Of a stretch of 64,000 nt of DNA, positions 13,673-27,252 are shown piece by piece. A program made the translations under genes and the position numbers. Below the pieces are notes generated by a model that did not search any database, was not told the origin of the DNA, and saw only the letters and a program-made list of their open reading frames with translations. Source of the stretch: the human T2T-CHM13v2.0 reference genome, Homo sapiens; assembly GCF_009914755.1 (NCBI RefSeq), contig NC_060927.1; one strand, 5' to 3'. Position 1 is the first letter of the stretch; each line of letters opens with the position of its first letter.

Positions 13673-14400
13673 AACATTAATAGTACAGTGTGACCATATA
13701 TATAAACCTCTAAGCACGATGCTTGGCACATCTAAAGTATTTAATGTTAAGAAATATTACTGCCCTTGGATTAAAAAAAAATCTTTGAGAGATAGGATGT
13801 AAAGGTTTCTTTTAAAACAATAATTATCTTCTTAACTGATATTCATGCACCACTTTAATATCATCCTACAATAAATCAGTGCTTAAAACTTTGTTTATCT
13901 GGTCACCGTACCAAGAAAATACAGTATAATTGGAGCTTAATATTGTTTGCTTTATCTTCAATTCTATAAACTTAATACAATATTAGTTCTTCCATTTTTA
14001 ACTACAAAATAATTTAAAATTATCTGAGACTTGAGGATTATAATTAATATATAGTTATAATATTATCCCAGGGTTTTAGATTAGATTTTAATTTATCACT
14101 GTCACCAGGCTGTAAGCACTTCAGAAAGATCTGGGTATGAAGATGAATGCTTATTGCACATTTATTTAAGTATTTGAGAAGATAAGCCATCAACAGGCTA
14201 CCCCAATTTACACAAAGGTCTAGCCTGCATTGCATGTAAAGCCTCACTGTCAAATATCTGACTTGTGAAAAACAGGTGTATGCTGTGAAGCTGTGTATTA
14301 ATGGGTTGTGATTGCAAGGAGACAAAATTTGGTTCAGTAAGGGAAAAAAATGATCTAAGTAATAAAACTCTGTGATAGTGGAGGGAAAGGTAGTTTAAAT

Positions 14401-14615
14401 CAGCATTCTCAGCTGGGGGAAATTTTGTTTCTAGGAGGCATTTGGCAATGTTTGGAGACATTTTGATGGTCACCACTCAGTGGGAGGTTTTGCTGTCAGC
14501 ATCTAGTGAGTAAACGTCAGGGCTGCTACTGACATCATCCAATGCACGGGAAAGCGCCACACAACACAGGATTAGTGGGTCCTAATGTCATTATTTCTGC
14601 CCTTGAGAAAACCCA
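14401..14615 (+). mobile_element. MER20 hAT-Charlie DNA transposon
   Basis: CAGCATTCTCAGCTGGGGG...CATTTGGCAATGTTTGGAGACATTTT...TTGAGAAAACC. Confidence 0.85.
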
Positions 14616-15399
14616 AGCTGGAGCCTAGGATCTGACCCTGAATATGTTTAAGTGAAAGCTGTTGGAAATGCTAGCTGGTTCTCGAATTGAGTATAAAGCC
14701 CCTTTCAATACAGGGACAACAACAACAGTAATATGTGAATCACTGGAGATTTGTTATGTTGTAAGCAAAATCAGTTATGTCATTTCATTCTCACAACACT
14801 AGGGTTCTCTAATTCTTTCATTTTATGGATTTTCATGATTACTGAGACTAGAGGGCCAGAAGTTTGCAAAAAATCATATTAGTAGGGGTTTCTGTGGTTT
14901 TCTGTGCATTCCCTTTGTTTTTGGTGTATTTTTCTGACAGGACAGTCATTGTCCTCTTCCCTGATAATGCAAGAGGCACACACAGACCAGAGAAGCTGTG
15001 GCCCAAAGGAGATATTTTCTAACATTGGCATTATTGACCTAGCACTGTAGGGCAGAGGAGAGGTGGACAAGGCTTGACGAAAGCTCTTTATAGTTTCTAG
15101 GTAACTGGTGTGGAACTGATGGGATCATACAGCCTGTTTGTCCTGAAATGGGATGTTCAGGTCACTTTTCCATTGGCTGCGTTATAAGATAAATAGGCCT
15201 GTCCTCATGTCCTCCAAACCTACTTCTTACTTTGTGATGTTAAGTGTGCCAGACTCTAAACTGATTAGTCTTCTTCTCTTACTCTGTTGCCAATTGGGTG
15301 CTACAAAACATGAAGAGAATAAAGAGATGGGGAGTGAGATGTCATTTGGGAGGGAAGACATCAGAATTCAGCCTGAAGAAACAAAAGGAGAAAAATAAA

Positions 15400-16050
15400 A
15401 TGATCAGTTTAACACACATGTACTAAGCACATACTGTGTGCCAGTTTCTGTGTTAGGTTCTGGGGATAGGTTAGGAAAGGGATAAGATGAAGTCTTGTCC
15501 ACAGGAATGTAGCCAAATTAGTATCTTATTTGCTTGGGTGACAGACACATAATGAGACATGTTTGTTATTTCATTCAACAAACATTTAATGAGTTCCTAC
15601 TATGTGCCAAGCATAGCCCTAGGCACAGATGTATAGCCCAGAATTAGACAGACATGGTCACTGCTATCATAAAGCTTATGCCATGTGGTAAGTAAAGTGA
15701 GAGAGGTAAACCCAGGGTGTTAGAGAAGCACAAATATAATTCTTCAATCTAAACTGAGGGTGGAGTATGGGAGGGAGTAAGATAAGGCAGGCTGTCGGGG
15801 GCAGATGTTGACCAAGAACAAATTTTGTACACTAAGAAATAACCTGGTGGAAAACAAAAAAACAAAAAACATGGAATCAGATTTCAGGCAGAGGAAACTT
15901 GAATAAGTTTGGATGTGTGAAATGACATGGTGCCCATGGGGTAGCTACTATGAGTTTAGGAATTGCAAAACTCAAAAGTGGAAGTTGAAGAAAGATAGAA
16001 ATGTGAAGAAAGATAGAAATGTAAAGATTGGTTGGGGTCAAATTTTTGCT
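15400..16050 (-). mobile_element. L2 fragments (two 3' ends plus upstream L2 sequence)
   Basis: TTCATTCAACAAACATTTAATGAGTTCCTACTATGTGCCA and TACTGTGTGCCAG motifs. Confidence 0.7.
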
Positions 16051-16051
16051 A

Positions 16052-16350
<299 letters not shown>

Positions 16351-16570
16351 AAGAAACAAAGATAGATGGATGGAAAGGAAAGCAGGAAGGCAGAGGGAGA
16401 AGAAAAAGAGAAATAAGAAAGCAAAAAGAAGGAAAGAAAGAGAAAGAAAAACAGAAAGACAGAAGGAGAGAAAGAAAGAAAGAGAAAGAAAGAAAGAAGA
16501 AAGAAAAGAAAGAAAGAAAAAAAAGAAAGAAAGAAAAGAAAGAAAGAAGGAAGGAAGGAAGGAAGGAAAA
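16351..16570 (+). repeat. GA-rich (GAAA/GGAA) simple repeat at the Alu tail
   Basis: Visible GAAA/GGAA arrays directly after the Alu. Confidence 0.9.
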
Positions 16571-19500
16571 GCTAGATGGTGATTCAGTCATAATAAAAGA
16601 AAAGATTGAGATATGGGAGTCACACTTAGGAGTTTATTACTGTTGAGTCGAAGAATTGAGTACTGGATTGAAACACGGTTATTAAGAATAGAAAGAGATA
16701 GAATTTCTAGAAACATTAAGAAGGCAAAATTCGTACCTTGTCTTGGTCATTTAGATTTGTGGTGATAGGGTGCAATTGAACTTTTCTATCTTCGTTTCCT
16801 TCTGTGGTATATCTTTCCTTTCTCTTTCCTTACTTATCATTTCAAATTTTAAAGCAAAATAAGTTACAAACATTAAAAGAGTCAAAAGTACTCTTGTACT
16901 TCCTCCCAACCCCACCTAGATTTATATATATTATGCAAACGTCCAAAGTAGTCTTGGGCTAGGAGCTCTAATGCATAATTATTTCAATGGAATCATAAGG
17001 CAGCAAACAGTTCTTTTTATAAATAGCAATGTTCAATGTACATTGAAATTAATAAATCCACAACTGTGATATTAATTTTCCATATTTGAGTTTCTGACTT
17101 TAAAAAAGTGCTTCAACAATGAGAAAGTTTCACCTAGAGCTTGTGCAGTATATTCAATTTTCGTGAAACATAAGTCTTATGGGAAATCAGGCATGTCAGA
17201 AAATTTTCCTGTAGGTAATAGAAATAAAACTTGTCATCGTTTTGAAATACATCAAACATTAACACATAACAAAGAGTTCCAGGAAAGGATAGATATAACA
17301 AAATGGCTAGCATACATTAACCTATTGAACATTGTCTATGATAATTAGGTATTTTCATGACTGATAAATTTTTGCAGTTTTAAGGGTCAAGTTGGGCCCA
17401 GTTGTAGCTGAACTATTTTTGACATTTAGTAACCAGCAGCCCATTTTTATAATTGTAAATATGTTTTAAAATATAGAATGGCAACAATTAAGGCGCACAA
17501 TATTTGTTTTAAATTTCAGTAGTGATATTAAGCCTGCCGTAACTAAAAACTCATTCCAGATACTACAAAGTTATATTTCTTACAAAGGCAAATTAAGAAT
17601 TTGTATAGACTTGACAAGAAAACAAGTTGAGAAGGTCAAAATATTTTCTGGGGCTCTCTGAATTTATTTTGACTTTTCTAGTTACTTAGAATAGTTTTGA
17701 GAAGAATGCCTATAAGTACTGTAGAAAGTTGATAAAATGTATGATATATGTAGGCTTACTTTACATGCTTTCCCTCCTTAGCCTCTTACATGCACTGAAT
17801 TCAGTTTTTCCTAGTGTTATTTTCCATTTGAGATTTTTTTTTTTTGGCTGTGATTATCACTGTTCCAGGTCTCTACATCTACAACAGATCATTTTAGTTA
17901 GAAACAATCTGATACCCTTCTGATTCCAGTAATCAGATCCTAATAATTTAGTGAGTTCCAGACATTAACTAGGGAGTGACTTAGTAACCTACTAGCAATG
18001 TTATGGCAATTTAGCTTTTGAAGTTTAAAAAACCCTCTATGATTAACACTTTTGTCTCATAGTAATTCATAAATCTGTTTCATATGTTGAATATCATTCA
18101 TTCATTAGACAATAGTTACTGAATGAACTGAGCATATATAATTTGTCCTTTATATACATTTTTAAATGATTGATATGAAACAAATGTAGAAAATTTGTAT
18201 TATCCAAGGTTGTATTGTATTTGGGGTTAGCCAAAGTAAAAATAAGCAGGTAATAAACAAGAAAGTCACTTTGAGTTTCATGGGCTCAGCACTGTGCTAA
18301 GCACAGAGAAAGATCAAAAACATATAAACCATGAACTATTTCTTCATAGAACTTAGGATCTCTTTGTGAAAGGAGACTTCACATATGTAGTAACTAGCTC
18401 ACAATAGCAAATACTATTTAGATGCATCCTCACTATGGAGTTTCAAGACGGAAAGCAGATTCGTGTAAAAGGATTGTATCCCACTCATAACTGCTTTTGG
18501 TTTAGTTTGCACAGTAGTAATATTCCTAGAGTTTCCTGACAATACTGTCTACTATTACTAGACCCATATTTTCTTATGGCAATTAGCTGGTGCAAATTAA
18601 TGTATCCTTCAGAATAAGCATGTGCTTCTCAGGTTATCACAGTCTCCACCACTCCCTGTTGTCCTGCTGACACATGTGTTGAGCATCAGTGGCTAGTGAT
18701 CATCCTTACTGTGCTACTGCTTCTCTCATGCAGTGTGTCTCCAACAGAAGTACAAGGGAATTTAAGTAATTGACAGAGCTTTGTGTTTTAGATTAAAATG
18801 AGAGCTGGTTTCTGGGGAGAAATTAAAGAATAATCCTACATGCTTAATATTCAAAAGTAAGATTTTATCTAATTTATGTTGCCCATTTTACTCTTATGTG
18901 TCTTGTCCCTAAGGCCATTTGATTTTTAACCATTAAAGTAGAAAAAAATTCCTGGATTTTCAAGTAGTTGGAGAAAATTTATGGGCAAAATATAAGTCAA
19001 GCATGACCTTGATGAATGATGTAGTCAGCTATTATATAAGAATACAGATATAGCAAAGAAGATTCAACATGTGAAAGACATGACAATGAAGCAATTAGTG
19101 TAGTGTGCTTGCTGTTTGTAGGAAGACTCACCTAGCGTAAGTAGATGAGTCATAAAAGTAGTAGTAGCAACTTTTAATGGGCTCTCCAGGGGAGTGTGGA
19201 TTAAGGTTAAAGAGTTTTGTAGCTCATATAACTATATGGAGTTGGAACCTGAGATTCCAGTCATTAAGAAACCACTGCCAAGAAATCAACAGTGAAGTTA
19301 CCTGATGAGTACAGCACTTAGAGAAGACCATGATCCAGCAGTATCAGGATGAATTACACAGGAACCCAGATTATAATCAGGGGAACTTCATGGTCTGGAG
19401 AGCATTGGAATAATTTAGATGTGATGTGATAAGTTTAGATTTGAATAGTGGTAGGAAATATGTACAAAATGTGCCCTTTAGGAGAAACATTTAAAGAAAG

Positions 19501-20375
19501 GAGCAAAATGAGACAGATACAGAGACATATGCCTGGCCAATGCCTCAAGTTTCTTAGCACAAAAGAGGGAATAGAAAGCAAGCAAAGGAGATAGAGAATT
19601 ATAGAGAAATAGGGAAGAAAATAAGGTCAACCTGTGTCTAGGAAGCCAAGAAAGGAGTGAATTTCAAACGAGAGAGAGGTGATCAATAATGAGAACATAT
19701 TTTAGACAGGTAAAGAGTGAAAATGCAATCAAATATATCCTTGTGCATTTGAAGTCACATCTGTGGTCAATTTCTCCTGGAGGGTAAATAACTCTCAGGG
19801 TACTGGCTAGGTTCTCTCAGAAGTGCTATAATCCTTTCAAGTTATTGAGCTAACTCTTTCTTCATTGTGTTAGTCATGGACCAAAAGAAGCCCATTAACC
19901 TAAAAGGTTAATCTGCTTTAAGAATCATTTTCCAGCTGCAGTGTATAAAGAATATACTAATTAAAGAAAGCACTTGTTGTACAGCACCAAAAATGCAAGG
20001 CGATTAGGAAAGTGAGAGTTCATTGGAGGCTAGAATTGTCAGAGGAGATTTACTCAAAGATGCTGAATTGGAACTGGATTTCAGAAATGAAGACACTGTG
20101 AAAGAGTAATTATAGTGTAGCCTTAGTGTGCTTGACTTTAGTTATTGGTGAAGAAGAATAAAGGGAAAATAGAAAAACAAAGTTATATTATTACGTTTTT
20201 CTGATACTTTCTCCTGGTGTTGCTAAGATTTGATATTATCTACAAAAGTTGAGAGTGGTTTTGTTGTTTATCTGACTTCACTAATCGTGAAACTTTATCT
20301 CCCACCAGCATGTCTCCAATCTATTGCTGAATTTTCCAGTATGAGAAGAAAAAATTTTGTCATCTAATAACTATC

Positions 20376-20586
20376 CTGTGCTTTCCAATACAGTAGTCAC
20401 TAGTCACATGTGACTATTAACAATTAAGATAAAACTAAATAAAATATAAAATTCACTTTCACAGTGACAGTAGCCACATTTCTATTACTCAGTAGCTACA
20501 TGTGGCTACTATATTGATTGTCATAGGATGATCTTAGACATACAAACATTTCCATCATCAGAGAAAGTCCTATTGAATGGCACAGA
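20376..20586 (-). mobile_element. MER3-like hAT-Charlie MITE
   Basis: TCCAATACAGTAGTCACTAGTCACATGTG...ACATTTCCATCATC..AGAAAGTCCTATTG; palindromic termini. Confidence 0.8.
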
Positions 20587-20719
20587 GAAACTAACAACAT
20601 TCTGTAGTGGCTGCCCTGTGGTGGAGGATGGTTGATTTTGCTTATAAGAACAAGCTTGTAAGAATGAGATTACAGGAATAATTTATGTTCTGGGATACTA
20701 GCGAGTTTATGTAATCATT

Positions 20720-21140
20720 GATTTGTTTATAAATTCAATAAATATATACTGAGAGCTCACCTGCATCAGGCAGTGTGTTTGACTTTGGGAAGCAGTAGTT
20801 ACCTCCAACATGGATACATTCACGTCATTTAGGGAGCTTCACGTTTAATGGGGGAGACACATTTTAACTATATTATCACTCAAACAAATGTAAAATTACA
20901 ATTGTAGTATAAAAGTAAGTATATGGTTCCAGGAGAAGATGATTATTTTCCCTAATAGGGAATTCCTTCCCTATAGATGGATGTGAGATAAAAATCTGAA
21001 GGTCAAATGGGACTGTGCTAGATAAGAAAGAATTATATGGTAGGAGGACTAGAGAGGTAGGAAGGAGACTATTTTAAACAGAAAACAAAATGTATAAAAT
21101 CTTTATAGAAAATGAGAGCAAGATACATTGAATAGGCTGA
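20720..21140 (-). mobile_element. L2 (L2a-like) 3' fragment
   Basis: ATTCAATAAATATATACTGAG...CAGGCAGTGTG...GGAGCTTCAC..TAATGGGGGAGAC. Confidence 0.65.
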
Positions 21141-22368
21141 AAGAGGGCCTTTCCCTGGTTACTTTATTTTACTCGAATCCTGTAAAAGTTGGTCTCAGAA
21201 GTACAAATAGAATTTAAATTACACATCCCATTCAGTTTATTAAGAAGTATTTGTTTTTTAAATAAAAATTAAAACACTGGATATAGTGACTTTATCTTTT
21301 CCTAGAACAACATTAAGACTGAAGTTCCACCAGCAGTATCTGATGGGTAAACAAGGCAACATATGTTGTTGATCCATAAATTATTTGAAGAAATGGACAC
21401 TCCTCAGCAATTAAATTAATCCCTTCCTTTACTAAGGCTTTTTTCTCATTGTGTTCATCTCTTTACCAACTTGGCCCAAATCAGTCTTTCTACAAAAGAT
21501 CATCCAATTTCAAGTCCTTTTAAATTACTATGATCATCAATGAGGAAATAACCCACATGGAACACACTCTGGAATGGAAAAACACATTTATAGTAATAAT
21601 ACAAAATCTGCACTGTGAAATTAGGGTATAATGCTAGAATTACCGTGTTTAACCTCCTATTCTTTGTAGTAGAAAGTCACAAAGACATAGCGTGCTACAA
21701 ACCCATCTACACAGGGTTTCCACTGTTGCTCAGGCAAATAAAATGCAGCTCTTGGTAAAAGAGTAAAGGTGACATTGGGACTTGTTCAAAGCAAAAGCAA
21801 AATTGTATTGCACCAGTTGCTCACAAAACATCCTTTAAAGAACAAAGGGGTTTTCAGCTGCTCAGTCACTGGGATTAAATTAACATGACATTGTAGGCTC
21901 TCTTTTGGGATATGCGATGCACCCTGTATGGTGATAGAAAAACACAATTGGCACTATAAATTTTGAGGCTGCATTGAGATTCAAGGCATACAACAAAACC
22001 AAGATTTTTGTGCTGTTATTGAAGTGACTTGATATTCTACTTTGGAAATGTTTAGTGTCAGAATTGTAATATACTCAAAAAGAATCTCAGACTTAGAAGT
22101 CACCTTGTCTTTGCCAATCCCCACCCGCATCCCACTCCTTGATTCCTTCCTAAACAGCTTCATCAAGTATTTGTGCTCTGAAAATTATTTTTCCACAGTT
22201 AATGGTGTCACTATTGGATTCCTTATAAATGCATTAGTAAATCAGTAGACTACCTATATGTGGTCTGTATCTTTATTACACAGGGAATGGGAAGAATAAG
22301 TCTTTTGCTTTAAGCATACAATATTTTACACAAATACATAAATATTATATCATATTTTAGCATGTTTT

Positions 22369-22370
<2 letters not shown>

Positions 22371-22401
<31 letters not shown>
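22371..22401. repeat. (CA)n microsatellite
   Basis: About 15 CA units seen directly. Confidence 0.95.
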
Positions 22402-22402
<1 letters not shown>

Positions 22403-25052
22403 ACTTTCCTTTGTTTTTAGGTTAATTCTTCTTTTTCCCATCCTCTCTCTTTTATTGTATCAGCCATGCCAACATGAGAATCCATGATAACAATGTAGTA
22501 CGTATCATCCCAATTCAATTGCATGCTGCTATGGTTTGAATGCTTTTATCCCTAGCAAAATTCTTGTTGAAACTTGATCTCTAATTCAATAGTATTAAGA
22601 GGTAGGGACATTAGGAGGTGAATAGTTCATGAAGGCTCCTCCTTTACAAATGAGATTAAAGCACTTTAAATTATTATTTTTATTTTTCTGTAAGTTATTT
22701 GGGTACAGGTGATATTTGGTAACATGAGTAAGTTACTAAAGAGTGGTGATTTGTGAGATTTTGGTGCACCCATCACCTGAGCAGTGTACACTGCACCATA
22801 TTTGTAGTCTTTTATTCTTCAGCCACCCCATTCTTCCCCAGAAGTCCCCAAAGTCCACTGTGTCATTTTTATGCCTTTGTGTTCTCATAGCTTAGCTCCC
22901 ACATATTAGTGAGAATATACGATGTTTGGTTTTCCATTCCTGAGTTACTTCACTTAGAATAATCGTCTCCAATCTCATCCAGGTCACTGCAAATGCTGTT
23001 AATTTATTTCTTTTTATGGCTGAGTAGTATTCCATTGTATATAAATATACCACAGCTTTTTTATCCATTCGTTGATTGATGGCATTTGGGTTGGTTCCAC
23101 AATTTTGCAATTGTGAATTGTTCTGATATAAACATGTGTGTACAAGTAACTTTTTCATATAATGACTAGATTGCTGGATCAAATGGTAGTTCTATTTTTA
23201 GGTCTTTAAGGAATCTCCACACTGTTTTCCATAGTGGCTGTACTAGTTCACATTCCCATCAGCGGTGCAGAAGTGTTCCCTGATCACCACATCCATGCCA
23301 ACATCTACTATATTTTGATTTTTTGATTATGGCCATTCTTGCAGGAGTAAGGTGGTATCGGATTTTGGTTGCGATTTGCATTTCTCTGATCCTTAGTGAT
23401 GTTGAGCATTTTTTCATATGTTTGTTGGCCATTTGTATATCTTATTTTGATACTTGTGTATTCATGTCTTTAGCCCACTTTTTGATGGGATTGTTTGTTT
23501 TTTTCTTGCTGATTTGCTTGAGTTAATTGTAGATTCTGGATATCAGTCCTTTGTTAGATGTACAGATTGTGAAGATTTTCTCCCACTCTGTGGGTTGTCT
23601 GTTTACTCTGCTGACTGTTCCTTTTGCAGTACAAAAGCTCTTTTGTTTAATTAAGTCTCAAGTATTTATTGTTGTTTATACTGCATTTGCTTTGGGGTTC
23701 TTGGTCATAGAATCCTTGCTGAAGCCAATGTCTAGAAGGGTTTCTCCAATATTATCTTCTAGAATTTTTATAGTCGTATAGTTTTGCATCTTAGATTTAA
23801 GTCCTTAATCTACCTTGAGTTAATTTTTTGTATAAGGTGAGAGATAAGGATCCAGTTTCATTCTCCTATATGTGGCTAGACAATTATCCCAGCACCATTT
23901 GTTGAAAAGGGCGTCTTTTCCCCACTTTATGTTTTTGTTTGCTTTGCCAAAGATCAGTTGACTATAAATATTTGGGTTTATTTCTTGTTTCTCTATTCTG
24001 TTCTATTGGCCTATGTGCCTATTTTTGTACCAGTACTATGGTGTTTTTGGTGACTATGGCTTTATAGTATAGTTTGAAATCAGGTAGTGTGATGCCTCCA
24101 GATTTCTTCTTTTTCCTTAGTCTTGCTTTGGCTCTGTAGGCTCTTTTTTGGTTCCATATGAATTTTAGAATTGTTTTTTCTAATTCTGTGAAGAATGATG
24201 GTGGTATTTTGAAGTGGATTGCACTGAATTTGTAGATTGCGTTTGGCAGTATAGTCATTTTCACAATATTGATCCTACTTACCCATGAGCATGGGATGTG
24301 TTTCTATATGTTTGTATTGTCTATGATTTCTTTTAGCAGTGTTTTGTAGTTTTCCTTGTAGAGGTCTCTCACCTCCTTGGTTAGGTATATTCCAAAGTAT
24401 TTTTTTTTTTTGCAGCTATTGTAAAAGTGGTTGAGTTCTTGATTATATTCTCTGCTTGGTCGCTGTTGGCATATAGAAGAGCTACTGATTTGTGTACATT
24501 AAACTTGTATCAGAAAACCTTGCTGAATTCTTTTATTAGTTCTAGGAGCTTTCTGGTGGACCTTTAGGGTTTTCAGGGTAAATGATCATATTGTCAGCAA
24601 ACAGTGACAGTTTGACTTCCTTTTTACCAATTTGGATGTCCTTCATTTCATTCTCTTGAGTGATTGCTCTGGCTAGGACTTCCAGTACTATGTCGAAGAG
24701 GAGTGGTGAAAGTGGGCATTCTTGTATTTTCCAGAGGGAATGCTTTCAACACTTCCCCATTCAGAATTATGTTGGTTGTGGGTTTGTCATAGATGGCTTG
24801 TATTACATTGAGGTATTTCCCTTGTATGCTGATTTTGCTGAGAGTTTTAATCATAAGGAGATGTTGGATTTTGTCAAATGCTTTTTTTTCATCTATTTAG
24901 ATGATCATGTGATTTTTGTTTTTAATTCTGTTTATGTGATGTATCACATTTATTGATTTGAGTATGTTAAATCATCCCTGCATCCCTGGTATGAAACCCA
25001 CTTGATCACGGTGGATTATCTTTTTGATATGTTGTTGGACTTGGTTAGCTAG

Positions 25053-25398
<346 letters not shown>

Positions 25399-26101
25399 TT
25401 AAGGATATTAGCATCTATGTTCATCAGGGATCTCGGTCTGTAGTTTTCTTTTCTGGCTATTCCCTTTCCTGTTTTTGGCATTAGGGTGATGCTGGCTTCA
25501 TAGAATGAATTAGGGAGGGTCCTTTCTCCATCTTGTGTAATAGTGCTGAAAAGATTGATATGAATTCTCCTTTGAATATGTAGTAGAATTCTGCTGTGAC
25601 TCCATCTGGCCCTGGGCTTTTTTTTTTATGGTAATTTTTAAATTACAATTTCAATCTCCCTGGTTGTTATTGGTCTGTTCTGGGTATCTAATTCTTCCTG
25701 ATTTAAGATAGGAGGGTTGTATTTTTCCAGGACTTTATCTATCTCTTCTAGGTTTTCCAGTTTACATGGATAAACATATTCCTAGCAGCCTTGAATGATC
25801 TTTTGTATTTCAGGGGTGTCAGTTGTAGTATCTCCTGTTTTCATCCTTAATGAGATTATTTGGATTTTCTCTCTTCTTTTTTGGTTAATTTGCTAACGAT
25901 CTATCAATTTTATTTATCTTTTCAAAGAATCAGCTTTTAGTTTCATTTATCTTTTATTTTTTTTGTTTAAATTTCATGTAGTTTTGCTCTGATCTTGGCT
26001 ATTTCCTTTCTTTTGCTGGGTTTGGGTTTGGTTTGTTTTTGTTTCCCCAGTTCCTTGAGGTGTGACCTTAAATTGTCAATTTGTGCTCTTTTGGTCTTTT
26101 T

Positions 26102-26416
26102 TTTTTTTTTTTAGTTTTGTATTTATTTATTTATTTTTATTATTATATTTTAACTTCTAGGGTACATGTGCACAAGGTGCAGGTTTGTTACATATGTATA
26201 CATGTGCCATGTTGGTGTGCCGCACCCATTAACTCGTCCTTTACATTAGGTATATCTCCTAATGCTATTCCCCCCCTGCCCCCACCCCAGGACAGGCCCC
26301 AGTGTGTGATGTTCCCCTTCCTGTGTCCAGGTATTCTTATTATTCAATTCCCACCTATGAATGAGAACATGTAGTGTTTGGTTTTCTGTCCTTGTGATAG
26401 TTTGCTGAGAATGATG
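26102..26416 (-). mobile_element. 5'-truncated L1PA (L1PA4-6-like) 3' end
   Basis: Poly-T then GGGTACATGTGCAC...TTTACATTAGGTATATCTCCTAATGC. TSD TTTGGTCTTTTT at 26090-26101 and 26417-26428. Confidence 0.9.
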
Positions 26417-26840
26417 TTTGGTCTTTTTGATGTAGGTGTTTAGGGCTACGAACTTTCCTCTTGGCACTGCCTTTGCTGTCTCCCAGAGGTTTTGATAGGT
26501 TGTGTTACTGTTGTCGTTCAGTTTGAAGAATTTTTAAATTTCCATCTTGATTTCATTTTTGACCCAATGCTCATTCAGGAGTAGGTTATTTAATTTCCAT
26601 GTATTTGCATACTTTTGAAGGTTACTTTTGGGGTTAATTTCTAGGTTTATTCCACTGTGGTCTGAGAGAGTGCTTGATATAATTTCAATTTTCTTAAATT
26701 TATTGAGGCCCATTTTATGGCCTATCATATGGTCTATCTTCGAGAAAGTTCCATATGCTCTTGAATAGAATGTGTATTCTGCAGTTGTTTGATGAAATGT
26801 TCTATACATATTTGTTAAGTCCACTTGTTCCAAGGTTTAG

Positions 26841-27252
<412 letters not shown>

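Larger units (their letters stand above)
12730..13750 (+). mobile_element. One MIR in three pieces (12730-12770, 13247-13347, 13678-13750)
   Basis: Colinear MIR segments: TAGTGCTTAAGAATGTGG; CTGGGTTCAACTCCCAG...CTCATCTATAAAATGGGGATAA; GCTTGGCACA. Confidence 0.65.
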
